Shown piece by piece: positions 9,939-18,628 of a stretch of DNA of 32,000 bases. The notes beneath the pieces are model-generated. The model was not told where the DNA came from, made no database searches, and saw only the letters and a list, made by a program, of their open reading frames with translations. The first letter of the stretch is position 1, and each line of letters starts with the position of its first letter. This DNA comes from Candidatus Saccharimonadota bacterium (GTDB lineage: Bacteria > Pseudomonadota > Gammaproteobacteria > Enterobacterales > Enterobacteriaceae): NCBI GenBank assembly GCA_049942775.1, contig CP188087.1, positions 270,001 through 302,000 on the forward strand, read 5' to 3'. Position numbers and translations under genes: made by a program.

Positions 9939-10356
9939 AAAAAGAACCTCATTATACTTGTTATTTAGTTTAAATTTTTTTAATTTAATTAATATTATTA
10001 TATTAATAAATATAGGATCATATTTATTTACAAAAAAAATAATTAATTTTAATTAACATATTTTTTATTGTGTTTTTAAAACATTTTCAATGTTGAAAAT
10101 CTTAAACAGAAAAGAATATAGAATAAATAAATTAATTGCGGTTTATAAAGATTAATGATATATAAAAATATTTATTTTAAAATTATTGTTTTTATTATAT
10201 ATACAAATCTGTTACTAACGAAATAAATATTTCTTAATTTAAAAAAATGCTTCTATTAATTAATAAATATTTAATATTGAAATTTTTTTTAAAAAACTAA
10301 TTTTAAAACATAAATTATTATACAAACATATAATAAATTTTAAAAAGACAAGTCAT

Positions 10357-11103
10357 ATGAATAATTTTATATTAGAAAATATAATTAACAAAAAATTAAA
10401 TTCTAAAAATTTTAATGATTTTGCTCCAAATGGTTTACAAATCGAAGGTTGTTCTAAAATTGAAAAAATAATTTTTGGAGTAACAGCTTGTCAAAAATTA
10501 TTAGATTTTGCAGTAAAAACAAAATCACATGCTGTAATTGTACATCATGGATATTTTTGGAAAAATGAAAGTAGATCCATTACAGGAATGAAAAAAAATA
10601 GAATCAAAACAATATTAGTAAACAATATAAATTTATATAGTTGGCACCTTCCTTTGGATGTTCATCCTAAAATTGGAAATAATGTTCAAATTGCTAAAAA
10701 ATTAAATATTAAAATTTTAGGTACTTTTTCTAAATTTGGTCTTTTTGGAAAATTTAACAATCATATTTCCGGGGAAAAGTTATGTGAATTAATTCAAAAC
10801 AAATTTGGTAAAAAACCTATTTATTGTTATGGAGAAAATTCTCCAAAAAAAATTAATACAGTAGCTTGGTGTTCTGGAAAGGGTCAATCTTATATATATA
10901 AAGCTTTAAATTTACAAGTAGACGCTTATATTACTGGAGAAATTTCAGAAGATACAATGCATTGTGCTAATGAAAATAATATTCATTTTTTTTCTATAGG
11001 ACATCATGCAAGTGAAAAGTTTGGAATATTAGAATTAAGTAATTGGGTTTGTTCTAAATACAATCTTGATTGTAAATTTGTAAATATAAATAATCCAGCA
11101 TAA
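10357..11103 (+). CDS. ybgI: NIF3-family metal-binding protein YbgI
   Basis: 248 aa with APNGLQ.EG, VIVHHGYFWK, NLY.WHLPLD.HP..GNN, GHHA.E and the C-terminal NIPNPA-like ending (NINNPA), collinear with E. coli YbgI. Confidence 0.9.
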   Translation: MNNFILENIINKKLNSKNFNDFAPNGLQIEGCSKIEKIIFGVTACQKLLDFAVKTKSHAVIVHHGYFWKNESRSITGMKKNRIKTILVNNINLYSWHLPLDVHPKIGNNVQIAKKLNIKILGTFSKFGLFGKFNNHISGEKLCELIQNKFGKKPIYCYGENSPKKINTVAWCSGKGQSYIYKALNLQVDAYITGEISEDTMHCANENNIHFFSIGHHASEKFGILELSNWVCSKYNLDCKFVNINNPA

Positions 11104-11217
11104 TTTTTTAAAATTAAAAAAATAAATTATAAAAAATACATTCTAAATAATTAATGATTATTGATTAATAAAAATTTTAGATGACAAAATATTTAAAATT
11201 AAAAGGTAATTTTATAA

Positions 11218-14016
11218 ATGAACAAAACAGATAAGTCCTTTTCTTGGATGACTCAAGTTAGTTTTTCTTATATTGAAAATATGTATTCTCAATATTTATC
11301 TAACCCGAATTCAGTTCATAGTAGTTGGTCTTCTCTTTTTCTTAAAATGGAAAAAAAAAGTGAAGATTTAAATTTATTTTTCAAAAAAAAAAAGAATGAT
11401 ATTTTTTTAGATAAATTATTTATAGATGATAATAATGAAAAATTAATTAACAAAAATATATTTATAGAAAATAAAATTAAAAAATTAATTAATTCATTTC
11501 AAAAATATGGGTATTTGTATTCAAAAATAAATCCATTAAAAAATTCTAAACAAGTTCAAAGAAGAAAATCACTAAAATTAGAGTCCTATTTTTTTTCTAA
11601 AAAAGATCTATATTATAAATTAAATTTTTCTAATTTTTTAAGTATTAATAATACTATTAGTATAAAAAATTTATATAGAAATTTAGTAAATAGATATTGT
11701 GGTTCTATTGGATTTGAATATATGCACGTTCCATCAAGAAAGGAAAAAAAATGGTTATATAAAACAATAAATAATTATTTTGAAAATTTTTTTTTAAGTG
11801 CAATAAAAAAAAAAGAACTTTTAAAAATATTAATTGAGTCAGAAATGTTAGAACAGTCGATTTCTAAATATTTTCCAGGAAATAAAAGATTTTCATTGGA
11901 AGGTTTAGAATCTTTAATTCTTATTTTGAATGAAATTATTAATTTTTCTAAAAAAAATCAAGTTTTAAAAATTATATTAGGAATGGCTCATAGAGGTAGA
12001 TTAAATGTTTTAGTTAACATTTTTAAAAAACCAATTGAGGAATTATTCTTTGAATTTTCTAATAACTATTATGATCCAGAAAAAAACGGAGATGTAAAAT
12101 ACCATATTGGAAGAGATTTGAAAATTTCAAATAATTTAAACAAAAACATTACATGTTCTTTAAAACCTAATCCATCGCACTTAGAAATTATTAATCCATT
12201 TATTATGGGAGTAGCACGCGCTGAAATTGAAAAAATAAAAGAAAAAAATATAAATTATTGCCAAGAAAAAATTCTTCCAATTTCTGTTCATGGTGATGCT
12301 GCTATTTCAGGTCAGGGAGTAATACAAGAAACATTGAACATGTCTCAAACTAGTGCGTTTTCTGTCGGCGGTACTGTTCACATAGTTTTAAATAACCAAA
12401 TTGGATTTACTACTTCTAAAAATATGGATTTAAGGTCTACTAAATATTCCACTGATGTTGCCAAAATGATTAATTCTCCTATATTTCATGTTAACTCAGA
12501 TGATCCTGAAGCAGTCGTTTTTGTTACTAAATTAGCTTGTAATTATCGAAATTTTTTTAAAAAAGATGTTTTTATTGATTTAGTTGGATATAGACGTCAT
12601 GGACATAATGAAGTGGACGATCCAACAGTAACTCAACCAAAAATGTATAAAAAAATAGCTATTCATCCTACTGTTACTTCTATTTTTTTTAAAAAATTAA
12701 AACAAGAAAAAATAATAAATGAGCAAGAAAAAGAAAGAATTTTAATAAATTATAAAAAAAAAATAAATTTGTCCTACGAAAAATCTATAAAAAAAAAGAC
12801 AATCAATATTGAAAAAAAAAAATCTAATATCAAATGTTTTCCTTCAAATAAAAAATTCAATTTGTCTTATGAAGAACTACAAAATTTTGCTTTAAAAATT
12901 AATAGAATTCCTAACTGTGTTTCTATACATCATAGAGTAAAAAAAATATATGACGAAAGACAAAAAATGGCATTAGGAAAAATTCCATTTGATTGGGGTG
13001 GTAGTGAATGTCTTGCATATGCTATTTTTTTAAAACAAGGAATTTCTTGTAGAATTATTGGAGAAGATACTCAAAGAGGGACATTTTTTCATAGACATGC
13101 AGTAATTCATGATCAAGATAACGAATCTATTTATGTTCCCTTACAAAACATTTGTAAAGATCAGGGTGACTTTTGTATTTATGATTCTGTTTTATCAGAA
13201 TTATCTACTTTAGCTTTTGAATATGGTTTTTCTACTATTAAAAAACATTCCTTGACAGTTTGGGAAGCTCAATTTGGAGATTTTATTAATTCAGCACAAG
13301 TAGTAATTGATCAGTTTATTAGTTCAAGTAAACAAAAATGGGGTTATAGTTCTAATTTAGTTATTTTTTTACCTCATGGATATGAAGGACAAGGTCCTGA
13401 ACATTCATCTTCTAGAATTGAAAGATTTCTGCAACTATGTGCTGATAAAAACATGCAAATATGCATTCCATCTACAGCTGGTCAAATGTTTCATTTACTT
13501 TTAAGGCAAATAGAAAATAGTATTTCAATTCCATTAATCATTATGACTCCTAAATCTCTTTTAAGAAATTCTTTATCAAAAACTCATTTAAAAGATTTAC
13601 AAAATGGAAAATTTAAAAAAATTATTATAAATAACTATAAAAATGAAAAAAAAATTAAAAAAATAATTTTTTGTACTGGAAAAATTTACTATGATTTAAT
13701 TTCTTATCAAAAATTAAATAAATTTAAAGAAATTTTATTTTGTAGAATCGAGCAACTATATCCATTTCCTAAAAAAGAAATAAAAAATTTATTTAAAAAA
13801 ATAAATTTTTTTAAAAAAATAATTTGGTGTCAAGAAGAACCTAAGAATCAAGGATCATGGGAATATATTCAATATAATTTTAAAAAAATTATTCCAAACT
13901 ATTGTAATAATTTACTTTTTATAGGAAGAGCTAGATCTTCTGTAACTGCTGTTGGGAATATGTACATTCATAAAGCACAACAAAAAAAAATTATAGAGTC
14001 TGTTTTTGATCTTTAA
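11218..14016 (+). CDS. sucA: 2-oxoglutarate dehydrogenase E1 component
   Basis: 932 aa versus 933 in E. coli. Motifs include GMAHRGRLNVL, HGDAA.SGQGV, GYRR.GHNE.D.P, WEAQFGDF and LPHGYEGQGPEHSS.R.ERFLQL. Confidence 0.95.
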   Translation: MNKTDKSFSWMTQVSFSYIENMYSQYLSNPNSVHSSWSSLFLKMEKKSEDLNLFFKKKKNDIFLDKLFIDDNNEKLINKNIFIENKIKKLINSFQKYGYLYSKINPLKNSKQVQRRKSLKLESYFFSKKDLYYKLNFSNFLSINNTISIKNLYRNLVNRYCGSIGFEYMHVPSRKEKKWLYKTINNYFENFFLSAIKKKELLKILIESEMLEQSISKYFPGNKRFSLEGLESLILILNEIINFSKKNQVLKIILGMAHRGRLNVLVNIFKKPIEELFFEFSNNYYDPEKNGDVKYHIGRDLKISNNLNKNITCSLKPNPSHLEIINPFIMGVARAEIEKIKEKNINYCQEKILPISVHGDAAISGQGVIQETLNMSQTSAFSVGGTVHIVLNNQIGFTTSKNMDLRSTKYSTDVAKMINSPIFHVNSDDPEAVVFVTKLACNYRNFFKKDVFIDLVGYRRHGHNEVDDPTVTQPKMYKKIAIHPTVTSIFFKKLKQEKIINEQEKERILINYKKKINLSYEKSIKKKTINIEKKKSNIKCFPSNKKFNLSYEELQNFALKINRIPNCVSIHHRVKKIYDERQKMALGKIPFDWGGSECLAYAIFLKQGISCRIIGEDTQRGTFFHRHAVIHDQDNESIYVPLQNICKDQGDFCIYDSVLSELSTLAFEYGFSTIKKHSLTVWEAQFGDFINSAQVVIDQFISSSKQKWGYSSNLVIFLPHGYEGQGPEHSSSRIERFLQLCADKNMQICIPSTAGQMFHLLLRQIENSISIPLIIMTPKSLLRNSLSKTHLKDLQNGKFKKIIINNYKNEKKIKKIIFCTGKIYYDLISYQKLNKFKEILFCRIEQLYPFPKKEIKNLFKKINFFKKIIWCQEEPKNQGSWEYIQYNFKKIIPNYCNNLLFIGRARSSVTAVGNMYIHKAQQKKIIESVFDL

Positions 14017-14042
14017 TTATTAATAATAAGGTTGATTTTATA

Positions 14043-15257
14043 ATGCAAAAAAAAAATATTTATACTATTTCAGTTCCTGATCTTCCAGAATCAGTAAATG
14101 ATGCATCAATCATAGCTTGGTATAAAAAAATTGGTGAAAGAGTTAAAAAAAATGAAGCTATTGTAGATATTGAAACTGATAAGATTACTCTCGAAATAAC
14201 TGCTACAGTAGATGGATTTTTAGAATGTATTTTAGAAGAAGAAGGCAAGATCGTAAAATCTAATCAACCAATAGGAAAAATAAATACGAAAGAAAATTCA
14301 TTATTTTTTTTAAAAACAAATGATAAAATGAAACAAATTTCAGAGTCTGCAATTAATTTAGAAAAAAATAAAAAAAATAAAAATTTAAACAAAACTTTTT
14401 TATCTCCTTATAACAGAAGGTTACTTAAAATACAACAAATAAAACTAGAAAAAAATCAAAAAAACACTAATTTTGAAGAAAGATCTATTAAAAAAAATAA
14501 AATGAATAATGAAGTAAATAATGATCTCAAAGAAAAAAATATTAAAAATAAAAAAATAAGAAATAAAAATATAATTCCAATGTCAAGAATTAGAAAAAAA
14601 ATTTCTGAAAAATTATTATATTCAAATAATAACACAGTTATGACAACTACTATTAATGAAGTAAATATGAGTTATATAATGCAATTAAGAAAAAAATATG
14701 AAAAAAAATTTTTATCAAGTTATGGAATTCGTTTAGGATATATGCCTTTTTATGTAAAATCAGTAGTTGAATCTTTAATAAAATATCCTGAAGTTAATTC
14801 TTCTATCGAAGACGATAATATTATTCAATATGATTATTATGATATAAACATAGCCGTTTCTACAAAAAGAGGATTAGTAACTCCGATATTGAAAGATGCA
14901 AATTTGATGAGCATGAATCAAATAGAGCAAAACATTAAACAATATGTATTAAAAGGAGAACAAGGTTTATTAACTCTAGATGATTTATCTAATGGGACTT
15001 TTACAATCAGTAACGGTGGAGTTTTTGGATCTCTTATTTCTACTCCTATCATTAACTATCCACAATCTGCTATATTAGGTATTAATAATATTAAAGATCG
15101 TCCAATTGTTGACAATGGAATAATTAAAATTTTTCCGATGGTTTACTTATCTCTATCCTATGACCATAGATTAATAGATGGAAAATTAGCAATATGTTTT
15201 TTAAATTCAATAAAAGATATACTTGAAGATTTTTCTAGAATTACATTAAAAATATAA
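14043..15257 (+). CDS. sucB: 2-oxoglutarate dehydrogenase E2 (dihydrolipoyllysine succinyltransferase)
   Basis: 404 aa. The lipoyl domain has VPDLPESV and the lipoyl-lysine motif IETDK. The catalytic domain has FT(I)SNGGVFGSL.STPIIN.PQSAILG and SYDHRLIDG. A Shine-Dalgarno TAAGGT lies upstream. Confidence 0.95.
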   Translation: MQKKNIYTISVPDLPESVNDASIIAWYKKIGERVKKNEAIVDIETDKITLEITATVDGFLECILEEEGKIVKSNQPIGKINTKENSLFFLKTNDKMKQISESAINLEKNKKNKNLNKTFLSPYNRRLLKIQQIKLEKNQKNTNFEERSIKKNKMNNEVNNDLKEKNIKNKKIRNKNIIPMSRIRKKISEKLLYSNNNTVMTTTINEVNMSYIMQLRKKYEKKFLSSYGIRLGYMPFYVKSVVESLIKYPEVNSSIEDDNIIQYDYYDINIAVSTKRGLVTPILKDANLMSMNQIEQNIKQYVLKGEQGLLTLDDLSNGTFTISNGGVFGSLISTPIINYPQSAILGINNIKDRPIVDNGIIKIFPMVYLSLSYDHRLIDGKLAICFLNSIKDILEDFSRITLKI

Positions 15258-15436
15258 TTTTGATATAGATTTTTTTAGAAAATCAGCAGTTTATCCCCTA
15301 AAAAAAATTATTATTTTTTTTCGTTTTTTTAAATTTAAATTTTTAAATTATTTTTTTTTATTACAAAAGAACATTTGTAATTTAATTATTATTAATTTTT
15401 TTCATGAAGTTTATATTTAATTTATAGGAGTTGAAA

Positions 15437-16126
15437 ATGTTATCAAAAAAATTAGTTTTAATTAGACACGGTGAAAGTGAGTGGAATCAAAAAAATAAAT
15501 TTACAGGATGGTATGATGTAAAATTATCTAAAAATGGAATTAATGAAGCAATAAAAGCTGGTAAATTACTAAAAGACAAAAATTTTAATTTTGATTATTC
15601 GTATACTTCTCTTTTAAAGAGAGCTATAAATACTTTAAATATTATTTTAGACCAACTAGAATTATCATGGATTCCATGTAAAAAAACATGGTTTTTAAAT
15701 GAAAGACATTATGGATCCTTACAGGGTCTAAATAAATTAGATACAGAAAAAAAATATGGAGCAGAACAATTATATTTGTGGAGAAGAAGCTATAAACATT
15801 TTCCTCCTAAAATGAAAGAAAATTTTTTATTTTCAGGATTTGACCGTCGTTATTTAAAAATAGAAAAAAATAATTTACCTAAATCTGAAAGTTTAGAAAA
15901 AACTTTTGAAAGAGTAATTTTATATTGGAATAAAATAATTTTACCAAATATAAAAAATGGTAAAAAAATATTAATTGTAGCTCATGGAAATTCTTTAAGA
16001 GCACTAATAAAATACTTAAGTAAAATCAATGATTCTGATATTGCTGATGTGATTGTTCCTACTGGAGTTCCATTAATATATGAATTCGATGAAAAAATGA
16101 ACGTTATAAAGAAATATTTTTTATAA
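15437..16126 (+). CDS. gpmA: 2,3-bisphosphoglycerate-dependent phosphoglycerate mutase (lacks C-terminal tail)
   Basis: Contains LVLIRHGESEWN (catalytic His), ERHYG.LQGLNK and AHGNSLRAL. ATG 15437 is preceded by AGGAG at 15426-15430. The TTG at 15431 in the ORF track is probably a 2-codon over-extension. Confidence 0.93.
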   Translation: MLSKKLVLIRHGESEWNQKNKFTGWYDVKLSKNGINEAIKAGKLLKDKNFNFDYSYTSLLKRAINTLNIILDQLELSWIPCKKTWFLNERHYGSLQGLNKLDTEKKYGAEQLYLWRRSYKHFPPKMKENFLFSGFDRRYLKIEKNNLPKSESLEKTFERVILYWNKIILPNIKNGKKILIVAHGNSLRALIKYLSKINDSDIADVIVPTGVPLIYEFDEKMNVIKKYFL

Positions 16127-16219
16127 AAATTAAATTTTAAAAAATATTTTAGTTTTGAATAATTATAAAATAAAAAAATATTTTAGACAAAAATCAATTT
16201 TAAATATTGCGAGACAAAA

Positions 16220-17185
16220 ATGATTACAAAAATTGGTGTTTTAACAAGTGGAGGAGATTCTCCAGGAATGAATGCGGCAATAAGAGGAGTTGTTAGAAGA
16301 GCAATTTCAGAAGGTTTAGAAGTATATGGAATATATGATGGATATCTTGGGTTATATCAAAATAGAATGAAAAAACTAGATAGGTATAGTGTTTCTGATA
16401 TAATTAATAAGGGTGGTACATTTCTTGGTTCTGCTAGATTTCCAGAATTCTGCAAAAAAAAAATACAAATTTTATCGATTGAAAATTTAAAAAACAGAAA
16501 AATTGATTTTTTAATAGTAATCGGAGGTGATGGATCGTATATTGGAGCAAATTCGTTAACTAATTTAGGAATGCCGTGTATTGGAATACCTGGAACCATA
16601 GATAACGATGTTGCAGGAACAGACTATACAATTGGATATTTTACGGCATTAGAAACTGTTGTTGAAGCTATTGATAGGCTTAGAGATACTTCTTCTTCTC
16701 ATCAAAGAATTTCAATTGTAGAAGTAATGGGAAGATTTTGTGGAGATTTAACATTAGCTGCTGCTATTGCCGGGGGATGTGAATTTATCGTAATACCAGA
16801 AATTTCTTCAACAAAAGAAGAACTGTTAGAAGAAATAAAAATAGGAATAAAAAAAGGAAAAAAACACGCCATTGTTGCAATAACAGAATACATTTGTAAT
16901 GTAAACAAATTAGCCAAATATATTGAAAAAAATACAAAAAGAGAAACTAGAGCAACAATTTTAGGTCATATACAAAGAGGTGGTGCTCCAGTAGTGTTCG
17001 ACCGTATTCTCGCTTCTAGAATGGGGTCTTATTCTATTGATTTATTATTAGATGGATATGGTGGAGGAAGATGTGTTGGTGTACAAAACGAAAAAATGGT
17101 TAACCATGATATAACTGATGCGTTAAATAACATGAAAAAACCATTTAAGAAAGATTGGTTAGAAACAGCAAAAAAATTATATTAA
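16220..17185 (+). CDS. pfkA: ATP-dependent 6-phosphofructokinase
   Basis: 321 aa, very close to E. coli PfkA: [61 protein letters not shown] and LGH.QRGG. Confidence 0.96.
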   Translation: MITKIGVLTSGGDSPGMNAAIRGVVRRAISEGLEVYGIYDGYLGLYQNRMKKLDRYSVSDIINKGGTFLGSARFPEFCKKKIQILSIENLKNRKIDFLIVIGGDGSYIGANSLTNLGMPCIGIPGTIDNDVAGTDYTIGYFTALETVVEAIDRLRDTSSSHQRISIVEVMGRFCGDLTLAAAIAGGCEFIVIPEISSTKEELLEEIKIGIKKGKKHAIVAITEYICNVNKLAKYIEKNTKRETRATILGHIQRGGAPVVFDRILASRMGSYSIDLLLDGYGGGRCVGVQNEKMVNHDITDALNNMKKPFKKDWLETAKKLY

Positions 17186-17277
17186 AAATTTAAATTAAAT
17201 ATAAATAAATGTTTTATGTTGTTTTTTTTTTACGAAAAATAAAATAGTATTTTATTTTTATAAAACAAATTTTGGAT

Positions 17278-17316
17278 AAGAAAATATTTTTTATCAATAA
17301 AATATTTTCTTTTTTT
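17278..17316 (+). terminator. Terminator candidate for pfkA (overlaps the last bases of convergent tpiA)
   Basis: Perfect 13-bp inverted repeat aagaaaatatttt / aaaatattttctt with loop ttatcaat, followed by a T-run. It begins 93 nt after the pfkA stop. The stem contains only one G-C pair. Confidence 0.4.
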
Positions 17317-18091
17317 ACTTATTTATATAATAAGATTGATAAATAATTTCTGAAAAATCTTTATAAGATAAAGATGCTGCTCCAACTAACAGACCATCTG
17401 AACCTCCTTCTGTCAATATTGTATGAACATTTTTTGAATTTACAGATCCACCATAAATGACAAAAAAATTATTTATTTTTTTTTGCGATGTTATTTTTTT
17501 TATATAATTTTTAATAAAAAAAATAATTTTATTGATTTCTTTTAATCCAGGTATTTTACCAGTTCCAATTGACCAAATTGGTTCATATGCGATAATTGTA
17601 TTATCGAATGTTTCACGTTTTTCCCCTAGTAAACTAAATACAGTATCAATTTGTTTCTGACAAATAGCTTTTGTTTGTCCTAATTTTTTTTCTTTTTCTG
17701 TCTCTCCTATACATAGAATAGGAATTAAATTACATGATTTTAATACTTTAAATTTTTCTGAAATAAATAATTCATCTTCTAGATGATATTTTTTTCTTTC
17801 AGAATGTCCTATTAAAACGTATTTTATTCCTATATCTTGTAACATTAAAACAGACGTTTCTCCAGTATAAGCTCCAAAAAAATGTGTATCTACATTTTGT
17901 GCTCCTAGATGTATTTTATTTAACTTTTTTTTTACTTCTAATAAATAAATGTATGGTGGTAACAATATAACATCTGTATTTTCTAAAATATATTCTGGTA
18001 TTAAAGAAATTTTTTTTAATAAATTCTCAATCAAAATCAAACTTCCGTTTAATTTCCAATTTGCAACTATTATTGGTTTTTTATTTAGCAT
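17315..18091 (-). CDS. tpiA: Triosephosphate isomerase
   Basis: 258 aa with ANWKLNG, GAYTGE.S, IGHSERR, CIGE, AYEP.W(S)IGTG and YGGSV, collinear with E. coli TpiA. Confidence 0.94.
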   Translation of the reverse strand: MLNKKPIIVANWKLNGSLILIENLLKKISLIPEYILENTDVILLPPYIYLLEVKKKLNKIHLGAQNVDTHFFGAYTGETSVLMLQDIGIKYVLIGHSERKKYHLEDELFISEKFKVLKSCNLIPILCIGETEKEKKLGQTKAICQKQIDTVFSLLGEKRETFDNTIIAYEPIWSIGTGKIPGLKEINKIIFFIKNYIKKITSQKKINNFFVIYGGSVNSKNVHTILTEGGSDGLLVGAASLSYKDFSEIIYQSYYINK

Positions 18092-18134
18092 AATTTTTTT
18101 ATTTTTCTTTATATTTTTAGCATTATATAAATGA

Positions 18135-18172
18135 AAAATAAGCCATGATTTAAATCAATAAAAGCTTATTTT
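18135..18172 (-). terminator. Hairpin downstream of ihfB; possible rpsA-ihfB operon terminator
   Basis: 9-bp arms aaaataagc / gcttatttt flank a 20-nt loop that itself contains the palindrome tgatttaaatca. On the minus strand the 3' arm runs into ttttt-c-attt. It begins 30 nt after the ihfB stop. Confidence 0.35.
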
Positions 18173-18201
18173 CCAATTTCTTAAATTATTTTTTTTTATA
18201 A

Positions 18202-18515
18202 TTAGAAAAGTTTTTTATTATTTTCTTTTTTTTTATTAAAAATATTGATTCTTTCTTTAAGTTGTTTTCCAGGTTTAAAATACGGAATATATTTTTCTTT
18301 TAGCTGTACTAAATCCCCATTTTTAGGATTTCTACAAAATCTAGATTTTCTATATCTTAATGTAAAACTTCCAAATCCTCTAATTTCTATCCTTCTACCT
18401 TTAGATAAAGATTTAAAAATATAATGAATTATTCTTTTTATCATTTTTTCAACGGTTTTTCTAGAAATATTAGTTTTTTTTTAGCTATTTTTTTAAATAA
18501 TTCTGATTTATTCAT
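18202..18515 (-). pseudogene. ihfB: Integration host factor beta subunit, frameshifted in an A9 tract
   Basis: The ORF 18202-18444 (..GRRIEIRGFGSF..RNPK.GD....K..P.FKPGK.L) matches E. coli IhfB from about residue 27. ATG 18515 has an AAGGA Shine-Dalgarno and opens MNKSELFKKIAKKK, matching MTKSELIERLATQQ, but that frame runs into a stop at 18441-18443. The two frames meet at the A9 run (minus strand, 18474-18482). A10 would give a continuous 104-aa protein. Confidence 0.85.
18474..18482 (-). repeat. A9 homopolymer (coding strand); frameshift / putative slippage site in ihfB
   Basis: The minus strand reads gct-aaaaaaaaa-ctaatatttct. With one more A it reads AKKKTNISRKTVEK, gap-free against E. 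coli ATQQSHIPAKTVED. Confidence 0.85.
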
Positions 18516-18628
18516 AGAATCCTTTTTTATTTTAAAAAATATTTTAAATATAATTATTAAAAAAATAATTTTGATATAAATTGTTAATTTTTATAAAAAT
18601 ATAAAAAACTTGTATTTTTTTTTTGTTT

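Noticed and set aside
10083-10100. 18-bp dyad attttcaa-tg-ttgaaaat in the fldA/ybgI spacer, considered as a Fur/SoxS-type operator.
   Set aside because: It has no similarity to the Fur box consensus. At this base composition, 8-bp inverted repeats with short spacers are expected dozens of times per window, and the 2-nt spacer is too short for an RNA hairpin.
14060-14248. ORF 14060-14248(-), 62 aa.
   Set aside because: It is antisense to the conserved SucB lipoyl domain.
15361-15380. Hairpin ttacaaa-agaaca-tttgtaa between sucB and gpmA, considered as a sucAB terminator.
   Set aside because: The stem is 7 bp with a single G-C pair. The T-rich flank is indistinguishable from the surrounding sequence, so this is not supportable without transcript 3'-end data.
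16139-16186. 14-nt direct repeat aaaaaatattttag at 16139-16152 and 16173-16186 between gpmA and pfkA.
   Set aside because: It is a low-complexity A/T string. Chance recurrence is likely and nothing structured is associated with it.
16357-16917. ORFs 16357-16599(-) and 16702-16917(-).
   Set aside because: Both are antisense to the very highly conserved pfkA.
17949-18134. ORF 17949-18134(+), 61 aa.
   Set aside because: It is antisense to the tpiA 5' end and promoter region, with a low-complexity translation.
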